From assembly GCA_002269645.1 (NCBI GenBank), contig NIVC01000390.1, positions 477,516 through 541,515 on the forward strand: a stretch of DNA of 64,000 bases. Reading direction: 5' to 3'. The DNA comes from Macrostomum lignano (lineage: Eukaryota). Below are positions 37,215 to 50,200 of this stretch, piece by piece. Both the position numbers and the translations under genes were made by a program. The notes beneath the pieces were generated by a model. It saw nothing but the letters and a program-made list of their open reading frames with translations, was not told the origin of the DNA and made no database searches. Every line of letters starts with the position of its first letter. Within the stretch, counting starts at the first letter, position 1.

Positions 37215-37850
37215 ATAATCCCTCGACCTACAAGACCGCGCATGACCACCGGAACCCACATGACACAATGACTACATGACCTAATATGACCCCATGACCC
37301 CACGATCCACATGACCCTACATAACCCCAAACGACCCCATGACCCGTACATGACCTTACCTACACGACTGACATGACCCGATGACCCGATGATTCTCATG
37401 ACTCCATGATCCACAACCCACATGACCCCATGAGTCATGACCTCATGAGCCACATGACCCCATGACTCTCATGACTCCATGACCCATGACCCACAACCCA
37501 CTTGACTTCATGTCCCAATGACCCCATGATCCTATGACCCACATGACCCAATGACCCACATGATCCACATGACCTCATAAGCCACATGACCCCATGACTC
37601 TCATGACTCCATGACCCACGACCCACATATGACCCACATATGACCCACATGACCCTATGACCCACATGACCCACATGACCCTATGACCCACGACCCACAT
37701 GACCCCATGACCCACATGATCCCGTGACCCACATGACCAAATATGAACCCAAACGACTCCATGACCCGTACATGACCCTACCTACATAACCCAATATAAC
37801 CCTACATGACCCATGACCCCACGTGACCCCATGACCCACATGACCCAAGC
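37215..37850. repeat. Degenerate CATGACC-based repeat downstream of MEF2
   Basis: Dense CATGACCC/ATGACCCA motifs with an irregular period. Confidence 0.85.
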
Positions 37851-38919
37851 GCCATAGCTACGCTTTTGGTTAAACTTCTATGAAGTAAAATTGTCAGTAG
37901 GTTTTCGAAGACCCTCGCCTTTTCCCCTGCTATTTCATAACAACCTGCTCATTGTTCTTCAGAGCTTTTATTTTTGATCTGGCGTGACTTTCACCGTGTT
38001 TGTCGCATACTTGGCTACTATATGTGCTATACAATTGTTTCTAATCTGTTTGTGAGTTTTAGTGAGTCAGAAAATAATCAAAACACAGCCTCAGCCAGCC
38101 AGGTAGAAATCTTATTTAAATTTCAAATCATTTCATCACATTTATTTTTGAGCAGTTAAGAATCGGCCCTACTCACAGTGCAGTTTCTATATTTATTAAT
38201 TACATTTTTGCATGCCTGTCTTCAATGCAATAGCGGCGCAAGTCGTGTACACACAAGAGCAGAGATTCTAGAAACGTGTTTTTGTGTGCTCCGCCCTCTA
38301 TTAGTTTGTATTATATTTGTTAATCATTTTTACACGCTGCGTTCACGTCAGACATTGCCATTTTTTGTTTGTTTTGTGTCCGCGCGCATAGTCTGAGAGC
38401 TGTGTTCCCCTTTTTTTCAGTTTCTGACCCGTTCGCCGCTCAGTTTGGGGGGCGCGAGTTCGATTCTGTTTTTGTTTATTTTCCGGATTGATTTTCTTAT
38501 AGTTTTTGTGTTGTTTGTTTGAATGCAGGGTAACAGTGTTTATTTATAAGCCCGTGCTATTGCTTTCACTGTTGTTTCTGGGATAGAAATGATTGTAGGG
38601 GATTTTTTGTACCCGATTCATAAATAAGCAATTCCTGTTCTGTGTACATAGTAGCCTGTAAAATAATTGTGCATTAAAGGTAGCTGAGTTCAAGTCTCCT
38701 ACCTGTTTCCTGCTTATATCTGTACAGTCTTAGTCTTGGTTTTGTTGCCGTCTCACTCTCTGTGTCTCTCAGTTGCTCTTTGTTTCTGTCTTTGTGTTTT
38801 TTATCTATTGGGCTACGTGTGCACTCGTGACCACTGCCCCGTTGCTATGGAGACGAGAACGACTGGGAAACTGTAATTATTGTGTAGCACACCTATCTCG
38901 CTTCTGCTGGTCGGCCGCT

Positions 38920-39265
38920 GTCACCATCTCTCACTCTATCTCTATCCTTTCTCACTCCATCTTTATCTCTATCTCTCACTATCTCTATCCTTTCTCACTC
39001 CATCTTTATCTCTATCTCTCACTATCTCTATCCTTTCTCACTCCATCTTTATCTCTATCTCTCACTCTATCTCTATCCATTTCTCACTCCATCTCTATCC
39101 ATTTCTCACTTTATCTCTATCCATCTCTCACTCTATCTCTATCCATTTCTCACTCCATCTCTATCCATTTCTCACTCTATCTCTATCCATCTCTCACTCT
39201 ATCTCTATCCATCTCTCACTCCATCTCTATCCATCTCTCTCTTTCTCTCTCTCCCTCTCCCTCTC
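38920..39265. repeat. CT-rich minisatellite (CTCTATCTCTATCCATTTCTCACT-like)
   Basis: Directly visible. Confidence 0.88.
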
Positions 39266-40654
39266 TGATTGTCTATCCGCCCCTCGATCACATCACTCTT
39301 TGCTCATTCACAAATTGCGCCATTCGATTATTTGACAACCTTTGTCGAACTAATAAATTTGGTAACATTTTTTGTGTTCTTTTTCTAAGAGCCTTTGAAT
39401 GGACGAACGGTCTTTGTGCAAAAACATATTCATTCGTTATTTAAGATTTTTGAGTCCGGAGATACAGATTAATAATAATCCACTAGACTATAACTTGAGA
39501 GTGACTGGTGTGTCGCATCCTTATACTGCTTGGTTTTTTGTTCTAATTATTTTCTTTTTTCTCTCTTCTTAATAAGAAAAGAGCTTAAAACTGTTTACTT
39601 AGGTACCAGTAGGAATATAAATTTCCTAAAAAAATTGCTAGTTTTATCCAATATGTTTTCAAAAGGCTTACTTACCTTTTCCCCCAGTCTATATCTCTTG
39701 TGCTATATGGAGAGAGAATCATTTATAAAGTTTCTAGTTAGACAAGGCCACGCCGAACTCAGCAACTGGCGGTGCAATTTAGACAGATCCTCGTTTCACT
39801 CTCAATTGTCTATGGCTAAAAGGGGTCGCCATCATAATCTGGCGATTTGAAATTTATGGGAATTTATTGTGTTTTTTTTTCAAGTTCCTATATTTTGTTC
39901 CTATATAGGCTAGCTAGGCTTCACCTGTTAGGCAGGTGTCATACTGTAGGTTTCTGCGACAATCTGATTTGATAATATTCCCAGTATAGGGCATCTCTTG
40001 ACCCAGCTGAGAATAGAAATGGATGAAGATGGATGGTGCGAAGCCATTCTGGTATACCGGGATCCCTGCATGCTTGATGCTGAGTGGCATGAAACTGTCC
40101 CTAATTCACCTATAGATGGAATCTGAACAACAAAACAAGAATGGTTTCGTCGCAATATTATCTTCTAAAAGCAGAGAACAAATAATTTTGTTGTCTCTTT
40201 TTGTTATAAAAAAACGGTTCCTGACTCCAGTGTCTGTTTAGCATTGTTTGAAGGACAGAACGCTTATCTTCATGCCCGTGTTTTGCTGTAGAAAATTTTA
40301 CTGAGTAACCTGCTAAATTTAAATGCCGCCCTGTCAAACGCATGGCTGAACTGCTATCACTAGGAGTTCGTCTGTTGCGGCTTCTTCCCAATTTCACGTT
40401 TGTTTCTGTGGCGGCGAGTTCTGCTTTGATGTTTCCGAACTCTCCGGTTCATTGTTCCGAATCTGGGGCTTTTTGCGACACAAAGCTACTCAGACTCTTT
40501 AAGGGTATTCAAGTTTCTAAAAAAATTTTTCCAATCAAGCGTGGAGAATTTCCCATTGTATCTGTTTGGAAGAATTGATTTTGATGAGTCTTTGTTCCAG
40601 GGATTTTCGCAATCTCTATTGTAGCTAAGACCCAAAAAATTAAAGTCAAGTATT

Positions 40655-41705
40655 CTGCCGTCTCCTACAGCTGGTCCCCAAGCCACAGTCTGATATGTGC
40701 CATCTCCTACAGCTGGTCCCCAAGCCACAGTCTGATATCTGCCATCTCCTGCAGCTGGTCCCCAAGCCACAGTCTGATATGTGCCATCTCCTGCAGCTGG
40801 TCCCCAAGCCACAGTCTGATATCTGCCATCTCCTGCAGCTGGTCCCCAAGCCACAGTCTGATATGTGCCATCTCCTGCAGCTGGTCCCCAAGCCACAGTC
40901 TGATATCTGCCATCTCCTGCAGCTGGTCCCCAAGCCACAGTCTGATATCTGCCATCTCCTACAGCTGGTCCCCAAGCCACAGTCTGATATCTGCCATCTC
41001 CTGCAGCTGGTCCCCAAGCCACAGTCTGATATGTGCCATCTCCTGCAGCTGGTCCCCAAGCCACAGTCTGATATCTGCCATCTCCTGCAGCTGGTCCCCA
41101 AGCCACAGTCTGATATCTGCCATCTCCTACAGCTGGTCCCCAAGCCACAGTCTGATATGTGCCATCTCCTGCAGCTGGTCCCCAAGCCACAGTCTGATAT
41201 GTGCCATCTCCTGCAGCTGGTCCCCAAGCCACAGTCTGATATCTGCCATCTCCTGCAGCTGGTCCCCAAGCCACAGTCTGATATGTGCCATCTCCTGCAG
41301 CTGGTCCCCAAGCCACAGTCTGATATCTGCCATCTCCTGCAGCTGGTCCCCAAGCCACAGTCTGATATCTGCCATCTCCTGCAGCTGGTCCCCAAGCCAC
41401 AGTCTGATATGTGCCATCTCCTGCAGCTGGTCCCCAAGCCACAGTCTGATATCTGCCATCTCCTACAGCTGGTCCCCAAGCTACAGTCTGATATGTGCCA
41501 TCTCCTGCAGCTGGTCCCCAAGCCACAGTCTGATATCTGCCATCTCCTACAGCTGGTCCCCAAGCCACAGTCTGATATGTGCCATCTCCTGCAGCTGGTC
41601 CCTAAGCCACAGTCTAATATGTGCCATCTCCTACAGCTGGTCCCCAAGCAAAGTCTAATATGTGCCATCTCCTACAGCTGGTCCCCAAGCAAAGTCTAAT
41701 ATGTG
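40655..41705. repeat. 42-bp minisatellite, ~25 copies
   Basis: Unit CTGGTCCCCAAGCCACAGTCTGATATGTGCCATCTCCTGCAG; gives a 14-aa periodicity in the ORF track. Confidence 0.96.
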
Positions 41706-42304
41706 CAGTTCATCAGTTGCTGCATTCTTGCAATCGGATAGGGGTGTTTGGGATTTTTATCCTGCCTATGCCTAGGCTAATCCTCTCGATTTCTCCTGAG
41801 ATCTGCCACCCCTCCTTCTCTTGACGATGCCGATGAGGCAGGGAAGAGAAGCGGCTGGGATGGCGCAGTCGATGAGAGCTACATGATCTTCACAGCGCGC
41901 AGGAAACAATAAATGTAGGGATAACTTGCTTCTGAGTATAGGCATAAGAGAGAGGGGAAGCGAAGGCTGCTCCAAGTAGCGAGTTTCTTCTCTGATGCGG
42001 GGCAGGGGGGGGGTGCTGGGTGCGCACTTGCAGGAGGAGTAAGGAGGGGGGTGTTTCACCTTTGTGTGTCTCACGCGCTTCCTGGCTGCTAATTAATTAG
42101 GAGCTGAGAGCGGCAGCAGAGAGCAGCGCGTCCGACCTTTTCTATGCCATGCGGATTTCTCCGCCGCTTTTCCGTTTCTCTCTGAGCTCCCCTTTAATCC
42201 CCAGCTAGCCGTGTACTTCCCTTTTGTATGGCTGGCGTATTGAATTTTTTAAAATCCCCAATTCACTTTTGCTAGTTTGACTCTATAGAAATATAGAATC
42301 TACA

Positions 42305-43270
42305 TCACAAACTATAGCCTTCACAAACTAGAGCCTTCACAAACTAGTGACTTCACAAATAGAGCCTTCACAAACTAGAGCCTTCACAAACTAGAGCTTT
42401 TACAAACTAGAGCCTTCATAAACTAGAGCTTTCACAAACTATAGCCTTCGCAAACTAGAGCCTTCACAAACTATAGCCTTCACAAACTAGTGACTTCACA
42501 AACTAGTGACTTCACAAACTAGAGCCTTCACAAACTAGAGCCTTCACAAACTAGAGCTTTCACAAACTAGAGCCTTCACAAACTAGAGCTTTCACAAACT
42601 ATAGCCTTCGCAAACTAGAGCCTTCACAAACTATAGCCTTCACAAACTAGTGACTTCACAAACTAGTGACTTCACAAACTAGAGCCTTCACAAACTAGAG
42701 CTTTCACAAACTAGAGCCTTCACAAACTAGAGCTTTCACAAACTAGAGCTTTCACAAACTAGAGCTTTCACAAACTAGAGCCTTCACAAACTAGAGCCTT
42801 CACAATTTAGAGCCTTCACAAACTAGAGCTTTCACAAACTAGTGCCTTCCAAAGCTAGTGCCTTCACAAACTAGTGACTTCACAAACTAGAGCATTCACA
42901 AACTAGATCCTTCACAAACTAGAGCCTTCACAAACTATAGCCTTCGCAAACTAGAGCCTTCACAAACTATAGCCTTCACAAACTAGTGACTTCACAAACT
43001 AGAGCCTTCACAAACTAGAGCTTTCACAAATTAGAGCCTTCACAAACTAGAGCTTTCACAAACTAGAGCTTTCACAAATTAGAGCCTTCACAAACTAGAG
43101 CTTTCACAAACTAGAGCTTTCACAAACTAGAGCTTTCACAAACTAGTGCCTTCACAAACTAGTGCCTTCACAAACTATAGCCTTCACAAACTAGAGCCTT
43201 CACAAACTAGTGACTTCATAAACTAGAGCCTTCACAAGCTATATACGAGTAATATAAAAAACTAGAGCCT
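42305..43270. repeat. 16-bp minisatellite (CTTCACAAACTAGAGC), ~58 copies
   Basis: Directly visible. Confidence 0.96.
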
Positions 43271-43423
43271 TCAAACTCAATTATATTAGAGTGGCTAACT
43301 ATTGCAATAGATTATGAAATAAAGCCTCACTAATTCGCTAATTTTTTTAACTTGCATATTTGTTGCAGCCTTTTCACTCTGAGCTGCACTTCTGGCAGCC
43401 CAATCTTAATCTCCTTTGTCCGC

Positions 43424-45513
43424 ATGGAGTCCGCGCTATCTTCAGTGAAGTCCAGCCTGCGCCCCGTCACCACCCGGGTGACCTCGCAGACCGGACTGGT
43501 GACGCTTGAAAGGCGCGACGGCTGCTTGATGAACGAGGAGGCTGCCGAGGCTCAGGCGGAATCTGATAAAGAGTCCGTGTTCGCCAGACATGGATTTATT
43601 CCTCTGACTAAACCGGATCTGCAGGTGAGCACTTGTCTGCTTTTTCTCCCTCGTAGCTTTTCAACTCATTGGCAGAGGGTTCAATCGATATGTATCGAAA
43701 GCATCGTATCGGTGCAGTTTTAGCCGATATGTATCGAAAGTATCGTATCTGTGCAGTTTTAGCCGATATGTATCGAAAATATCGTTTCGATTCAGTTTTA
43801 GCCGATATGTATCGAAAGTATCGTATCGGTGCAGTTTTAGCCGATATGTATCAGAAGTATCGTATCGGTGTAGTTTTAGCCGATAGGTATCGAAAGTATA
43901 GTGTTGGTGCAGTTTTAGCCGATATGTATCGAAAGTATCGTATCGGTGCAGTTTTAGCCGATATGTATCGAAAATATCGTATCAGTACAGTTTTAGCGAT
44001 ATGTATCGAAAGTATCATAATTGGTACAGGTTTAGCCTATATGTATCGAAAATCAAATTATACGTGTACTATGTGTCTGTTTTTTTATTCGTTCAAACTG
44101 CAGCAGAAGATCAGCAAGGCGAACAGAAGGGGTATCGGTCAGAAAAAACGCAACGGCCCCCAATTATGATTCGAGAATCGATAGGGGAAAATTTTGCCAG
44201 CTGCTCATTAATCTATAGTGGCTTCGCTAAAGCTCTTGCAAGCTCTTCTGTCTTTTTTGCCCGCCGCTTCTCAAAGCACAGCTGAGTCCGGCAGCCTACA
44301 GCATATTTTTCTTCCTATTTTGTATAGCAGCTCCGCCTTGGGCGCTTGTTTTAGAATTCATCGTTTCGGCTTTGAATTATCAGTGGGTTGGGGCTGCAAT
44401 CTGTTTGATTATCAGTGGGTTGGGGCTGCAATCTGTTTGATTATCAGTGGGTTGGGGCTGCAATCTGTGTGATTATCAGTGGGTTGGGGAGGCGATCTGT
44501 TTGATTATCAGTGGGTTGGGAGGCGATCTGTTTGATTATCAGTGGGTTGGGAGGCGATCTGTTTGATTATCAGTGGGTTGGGGCTGCAATCTTTTTGATT
44601 ATCAGTGGGTTGGGGCTGCAATCTGTGTGATTATCAGTGGGTTGGGGAGGCGATCTGTGGGATTATCAGTCAGTTGGGGCTGCGATCTGTTTGATTATCA
44701 GTGGGTTGGGGAGGCGATCTGTGTGATTATCAGTCAGTTGGGCTGCAATCTGTTTGATTATCAGTGGGTTGGGGCTGCAATCTGTGTGATTATCAGTGGG
44801 TTGGGGAGGCGATCTGTGTGATTATCAGTCAGTTGGGGCTGCGATCTGTTTGATTATCAGTGGGTTGGGGAGGCGATCTGTGTGATTATCAGAGGTTAGG
44901 CAGTTTCTCTACCTTTTCATGGGGGAGATTTGCCGAACAGGCAGTTGGTTTACATATAATCAAACGTACACAAGCTTCATACGCTCAAGTTTACTGCCAG
45001 TAGTCTATGTGAGACTTTACAAATAGGATAAAATCTAAGCGCAAATCCCCACTGCAGGTCGGCTGCGTCCTGCCGCACCTGCTTGTCGGCTCGCAAGACG
45101 CCGCGGCAGATGGGCCGACCCTTCACCGCTACCGCATCAGCCACGTGGTCAACCTGGCGCACCCCGCTGTGCGGCCGCGCCCGCCCCCGGAGATTCGCCT
45201 GGACGCCACCCTCCAACTGGCCGTCCTGGACACCGACCAGCAGCAGCTGCGTCCGCATCTGGCCGGGGTGGCCGACTTTATCGACGCCTGCCGCGACTCC
45301 GGCGGAGTTTGCCTGCTGCACTGCAACGCCGGCGTGTCGCGGGCGCCGACGTTTGCGGCAGCCTACTTGATCCTGCGCTGTGGCCTCGGCTTCGAGGCCG
45401 CCCTGGCCCAGGTCCGAGCCGCCAGGCCGGCCGCCCGGCCCAATGCCAACTTCCTGCGGCAGCTCCGGCTGCTGGCCGAGGAGATGGCGGCTGGCGGGCA
45501 CGACACAGTCTAG
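43424..45513 (+). CDS. DUSP19: Atypical dual-specificity phosphatase 19-like; join(43424..43624,45058..45513), 218 aa
   Basis: N-terminal LRPVTTRVTSQTG...HGFIPLTKPDLQ|VGCVLPHLLVGSQDAA is typical of DUSP19. Catalytic LHCNAGVSRAP and RPNANFLRQL present. Total 657 nt. Confidence 0.9.
43685..44050. repeat. 39-bp minisatellite in DUSP19 intron
   Basis: TATCGTATCGGTGCAGTTTTAGCCGATATGTATCGAAAG, ~9 copies. Confidence 0.92.
44375..44895. repeat. 32-bp minisatellite in DUSP19 intron
   Basis: GATTATCAGTGGGTTGGGGCTGCAATCTGTTT, ~16 copies. Confidence 0.93.
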
Positions 45514-45516
45514 ACT

Positions 45517-45865
45517 GCCTCTCACCCTGCCTCACCCTGCCTCTCACCCTGCCTCACCCTGCCTCTCACCCTGCCTCACCCTGCCTCTCACCCTGCCTCA
45601 CCCTGCCTCACCCTGCCTCTCACCCTGCCTCACCCTGCCTCTCACCCTGCCTCACCCTGCCTCTCACCCTGCCTCACCCTGCCTCTCACCCTGCCTCACC
45701 CTGCCTCTCACTCTCACCCTGCCTCTCACTCTCACCCTGCCTCTCACTCTCACTCTGCCTCTCACCTTTCTCTTCACCCTGCCTCTCACCCTTACCTTCA
45801 CCCTGCCTCTCACCCTTCTCTTCACCATGCCTCTCACCCCTAATCTCACTCTGCCTCACCCTGAC
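45517..45865. repeat. CTGCCTCTCACC/CTGCCTCACC repeat in probable DUSP19 3' UTR
   Basis: Starts 3 nt after the TAG and is followed by AATAAA at 45874-45879. Confidence 0.9.
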
Positions 45866-47054
45866 TCCTATCCAATAAAAAATACAATAGTATTTCTAAA
45901 CATATCAGTGGCTAGCATGTGTATAATGAATAATATGTTAAACGACATTATGAAGTTAACCATCAAAATTGAGCTGTGCTCACCTTCTCCTCCTCTTATT
46001 GATAACAAAATCCCATTTTCAGCTAATTTACTTCACTGCCTCATGTAGTTGAAAAACAGCTTATTAAATTAGTACCAGTCTTTTCCACTTTGATTGCTTT
46101 TATTAAAATTTTGTGCATCTCTTATGCAAGCTTAGCTTTATATTCTTGCCTAATTAGTTTGTACTTTATTTAAACAATTTATTATCCAAAAATCGGTGCA
46201 AAGCATTGTCTTCCAGTTGCTGAATGCTTTTAAGCAAAACGCTTTCAATATCACTTTGGGTGCCACTTGTCTACTTTTCTACTGAGTAGTAGTAGTAGTA
46301 GTAGTTAACGCTTATTGTCATCTTGCTTCTTTTCTCCCGGAAGCTTAGACTTGCTATTACGTTTTTTTTAGACTTGATTTCGACAGTGAATCGATTAAAA
46401 TACTCGTAGTTCCCCATCCGATATACCTGTTCTTGTTCTTGTCTCGGTCTTATTTGTTATTCTGAACAAAGTTTACCCATGCTAACACGTTATTTAAACC
46501 AGTGTACATTAATTCGCATTGGCATATAGAAAATACACGACTGTTTTGGTATTTCGTATTGCTATTGACAGTGAGTCGAATCCTGTTGCTTCTGCGTTCT
46601 TACTTCTGTCTATGTTAGACTAAATGGGTTATGAAACGACCATTTTGTGATTGTCTTCAGAATAAAAGCTGAAATGGAAAGCTAGCATCTAGTAAGATAT
46701 AGGGTGGAAAAGAAATAAGATAAGAACAGCTGACGTATCACGCATTGTAATGAAATGCGTACGTTTCTCGGTGTGTATGTGTACGTTCCTGTTTTTTATA
46801 CAAAGTATCTTCTTTGGTCCAGGGCCGAGGCCCCTCTAATGAGGGAGGCACTCCACGGCGCAACATTAGCAGCAGTAGAGGCTTAGAAGGACGAGAAATA
46901 TGCAGTGAAAATTCCTACCCTCTCTATTTCTCTTCCTCTCCCCAACTGGCCCCAGTTTACTGTTTCATTTTCATGGGGTCTGACTCAGCCACCCCACTCC
47001 CCCAACCCCCTTTTGGAATAATATATGTACTTCGCCTTACAAGGTCGTAAACAA

Positions 47055-47064
47055 GTCACGTGAC
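47055..47064. promoter_or_regulatory. Palindromic E-box GTCACGTGAC (USF/TFEB CLEAR-type) upstream of ALDH2
   Basis: Exact 10-bp match ~230 bp before the ATG; function untested. Confidence 0.4.
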
Positions 47065-47290
47065 TCCTTGTGTGTTGTTTTCAGTGTACAGTTTATTATT
47101 TAGGGCTAGGCCAACTATAAACCCACCCCACCACCTCTTCCTCCACTTCCCGCGCTAAGTTAAAGTAAGGTATATTAGCGCTGTACCCTGTCCCCTACAA
47201 CTCTGTTCTTTAACCGCCTTCACACAGCTGTTTACTTGACTTTATATAGCCTAAGGCTAAGCTAGAACTCTAAACTTGAGCGTGGAAGCC

Positions 47291-50200
47291 ATGCTATCCG
47301 CTAAGCTGAGCCAGTCTGTCCGCCTCCTCTTGCCCAGGGCCGCAGCGGCCGCCGCCCGCCCGCTGTCCGGCGGCCCGGCTATTCCGGAGCCGATTCGCCA
47401 ACCCGAAGTGAAATTCAACAAACTATTCATTAACAACGAATGGGTTGACTCGGTGTCTGGTAAAACGTTTCCAACTATTAATCCGGCTACGGGCGAGGTC
47501 ATCACCCAGGTGGCCGAGGGTGACAAAGCCGATATTGACAAGGCCGTTGATGCGGCTAACCAGGCCTTTCGCTACGGTTCTGAATGGCGCCGAATGGACG
47601 CTTCTCAGCGGGGCAACCTGATGAACAAGCTTGCCGATCTGATGGAGCGGGACAAAGTCTATCTTGCGGTTAGTTAACTAGAAAATATAGGCTTGGGCAT
47701 AATCCATATACTAAAAATGGTCTGTCGGTATGTGTGTGTGTGTATGTGTGTGTGTGTGATCGATTTTAGCAAAAACGGCTCAACCGATTTTCTTCGAACT
47801 TGCACTGTTCGATCAGAAATTTTCCCGTGACAGTACATGCATCGTGGCTAAGAAATTGCTTGATGCTAAAGGGATTAAATATTCGAAAAACATGCTTTTT
47901 TGCAAAGGTCAAGCAGCTCTTTCGACTTGAAATGCATCGTAAGAATGCTAGCAGAAAAACTGACTGGTTGAATTCTGATTCTGAAATAGATTGCATCACA
48001 ATACACTTTATTTATCGTCTGTGTACTGGCTGAATTTGACACTCAATTGAATTGCGTCACAGCTTTGAGTGTGAAAGCATAGCGCAGTACTGAATTTATA
48101 TTACGTAACCATATTGTAAACTTTCATAGACACTGGTACTGACTTGCCTAAGAAATTGATTATGTCATAACTGCTTCGTGAGACTTTTTACTCTACCTGA
48201 CTTGGTGTGAGTGTTGAATTATATAAGTGGTACAACATCACTGATAACTTCGATGAGAGCTAGCCTAGAGCTGAGCAGACCAGACTGCTAATGCAGCGAC
48301 CTAGGTTCGAATCTAAGTAGTTTAAAAGTAGTAGTGTAAATTTTTTTATTAAAAGGTTTTATTAAAGGACTAAATAAAAACACTTAGATTACTGCACTCG
48401 ATAAGCCAAGGATTATTGCTATTAATAAACCAAGGACTACTGCACTCGATAAACCAAGGACTATTGCTCTTGGCAAACCAAGGATTACTGCACTCAAGAA
48501 GCCAAGGATTATTGCTATTAATAAACCAAGGATTACTGCACTTGGAAAACCAAGGATTACTGCACTCGATAAACCAAGGACTATTGCTCTTGGCAAACCA
48601 AGGATTACTGCACTCAGGAAGCCAAGGATTATTGCACTTGGAAAACCAAGGATTACTGCACTCGATAAACCAAGGACTATTGCTCTTGGCAAACCAAGGA
48701 TTACTGCACTCAAGAAGCCAAGGATTATTGCTATTAATAAACCAAGGATTACTGCACTTGGAAAACCAAGGATTACTGCACTCGATAAACCAAGGACTAT
48801 TGCTCTTGGCAAACCAAGGATTACTGCACTCAAGAAGCCAAGGATTATTGCACTTGGAAAACCAAGGATTACTGCACTCGATAAACCAAGGACTATTGCA
48901 CTTGATAAACCAAGGAATATTGCACTTGATAGGCCAAGGATTACTGCACTTGATAAACCAAGGATTATTGCACTTGATAGGCCAAAGATTACTGCGCTTG
49001 ATAAACCAAGGATTATTGCACTTGATAAACCAAGGATTATTGCACTTGATAAGCCAAGGATTACTGCGCTTGATAAACCAAGGATTATTGCACTTGATAA
49101 ACAAAGGATTATTGCACTTGATAAACAAAGGATTATTGCACTTGATAAACAAAGGATTATTGCACTTGATAAACCAAGGATTATTGCACTTGATAAGCCA
49201 AGGATTATTGCACTTGATAAGCCATGGATTATTGCACTTGATAGTAAAGAATGTTGCACTTGATAAGCCAAGGATTAATGCACTGGATTATTCAAGGATT
49301 ATTGATATTAATAAACCAAGGACTACTCCACTCGATAAACCAAGGATTATTGCTCTTAATAAACCAAGGATTACTGCACTTGGAAAACTAAGGATTACTG
49401 CACTCGATAAACCAAAGACTATTGCACTTGATAAACCAAGGATTATTGCACTTGATAGGCCAAGGATTACTGCACTTGATAAACCAAGGATTATTGCACT
49501 TGATAGGCCAAAAATTACTGCGCTTGATAAACCAAGGATTATTGCACTTGATAAACCAAGGATTATTGCACTTGATAAGCCAAGGATTATTGCACTTGAT
49601 AAACCAATGATTATTGCAGTTGATAAGCCAAGGATTATTGCATCTGATAAACCAAAGATTATTGCACTTGATAAACCAAGGATTATTGCACTTGATAAAC
49701 AAAGGATTATTGCACTTGATAGGCCAAAGATTACTGCGCTTGATAAACCAAGGATTATTGCACTTGATAAACCAAGGATTATTGCACTTGATAAGCCAAG
49801 GATTATTGCACTTGATAAACCAAGGATTATTGCAGTTGATAAGCCAAGGATTATTGCATCTGAAAAACCAAGGATTATTGCACTTGATAAACCAAGGATT
49901 ATTGCACTTGATAAACCAAGGATTATTGCACTTGATAAACCAAGGATTATTGCTCTTGGCAAACCAAGGATTACTGCACTCGATAAGCCAAGGATTATTG
50001 CTCTTAATAAACCAAGGATTACTGCACTTGGAAAACTAAGGATTACTGCACTCGATAAACTAAGGATTATTGCTCTTGGCAAACCAAGGATTATTGCACT
50101 TGATAGGCCAAGGATTACTGCACTTGATAAACCAAGGATTATTGCACTTGATAAACCAAGGATTATTGCACTTGATAAGCCAAGGATTATTGCACTTGAT

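Noticed and set aside
40486-41699. 334-360 aa ORFs with 14-aa repeats
   Set aside because: 42-bp tandem array open in multiple frames on both strands; no supported start or splice context
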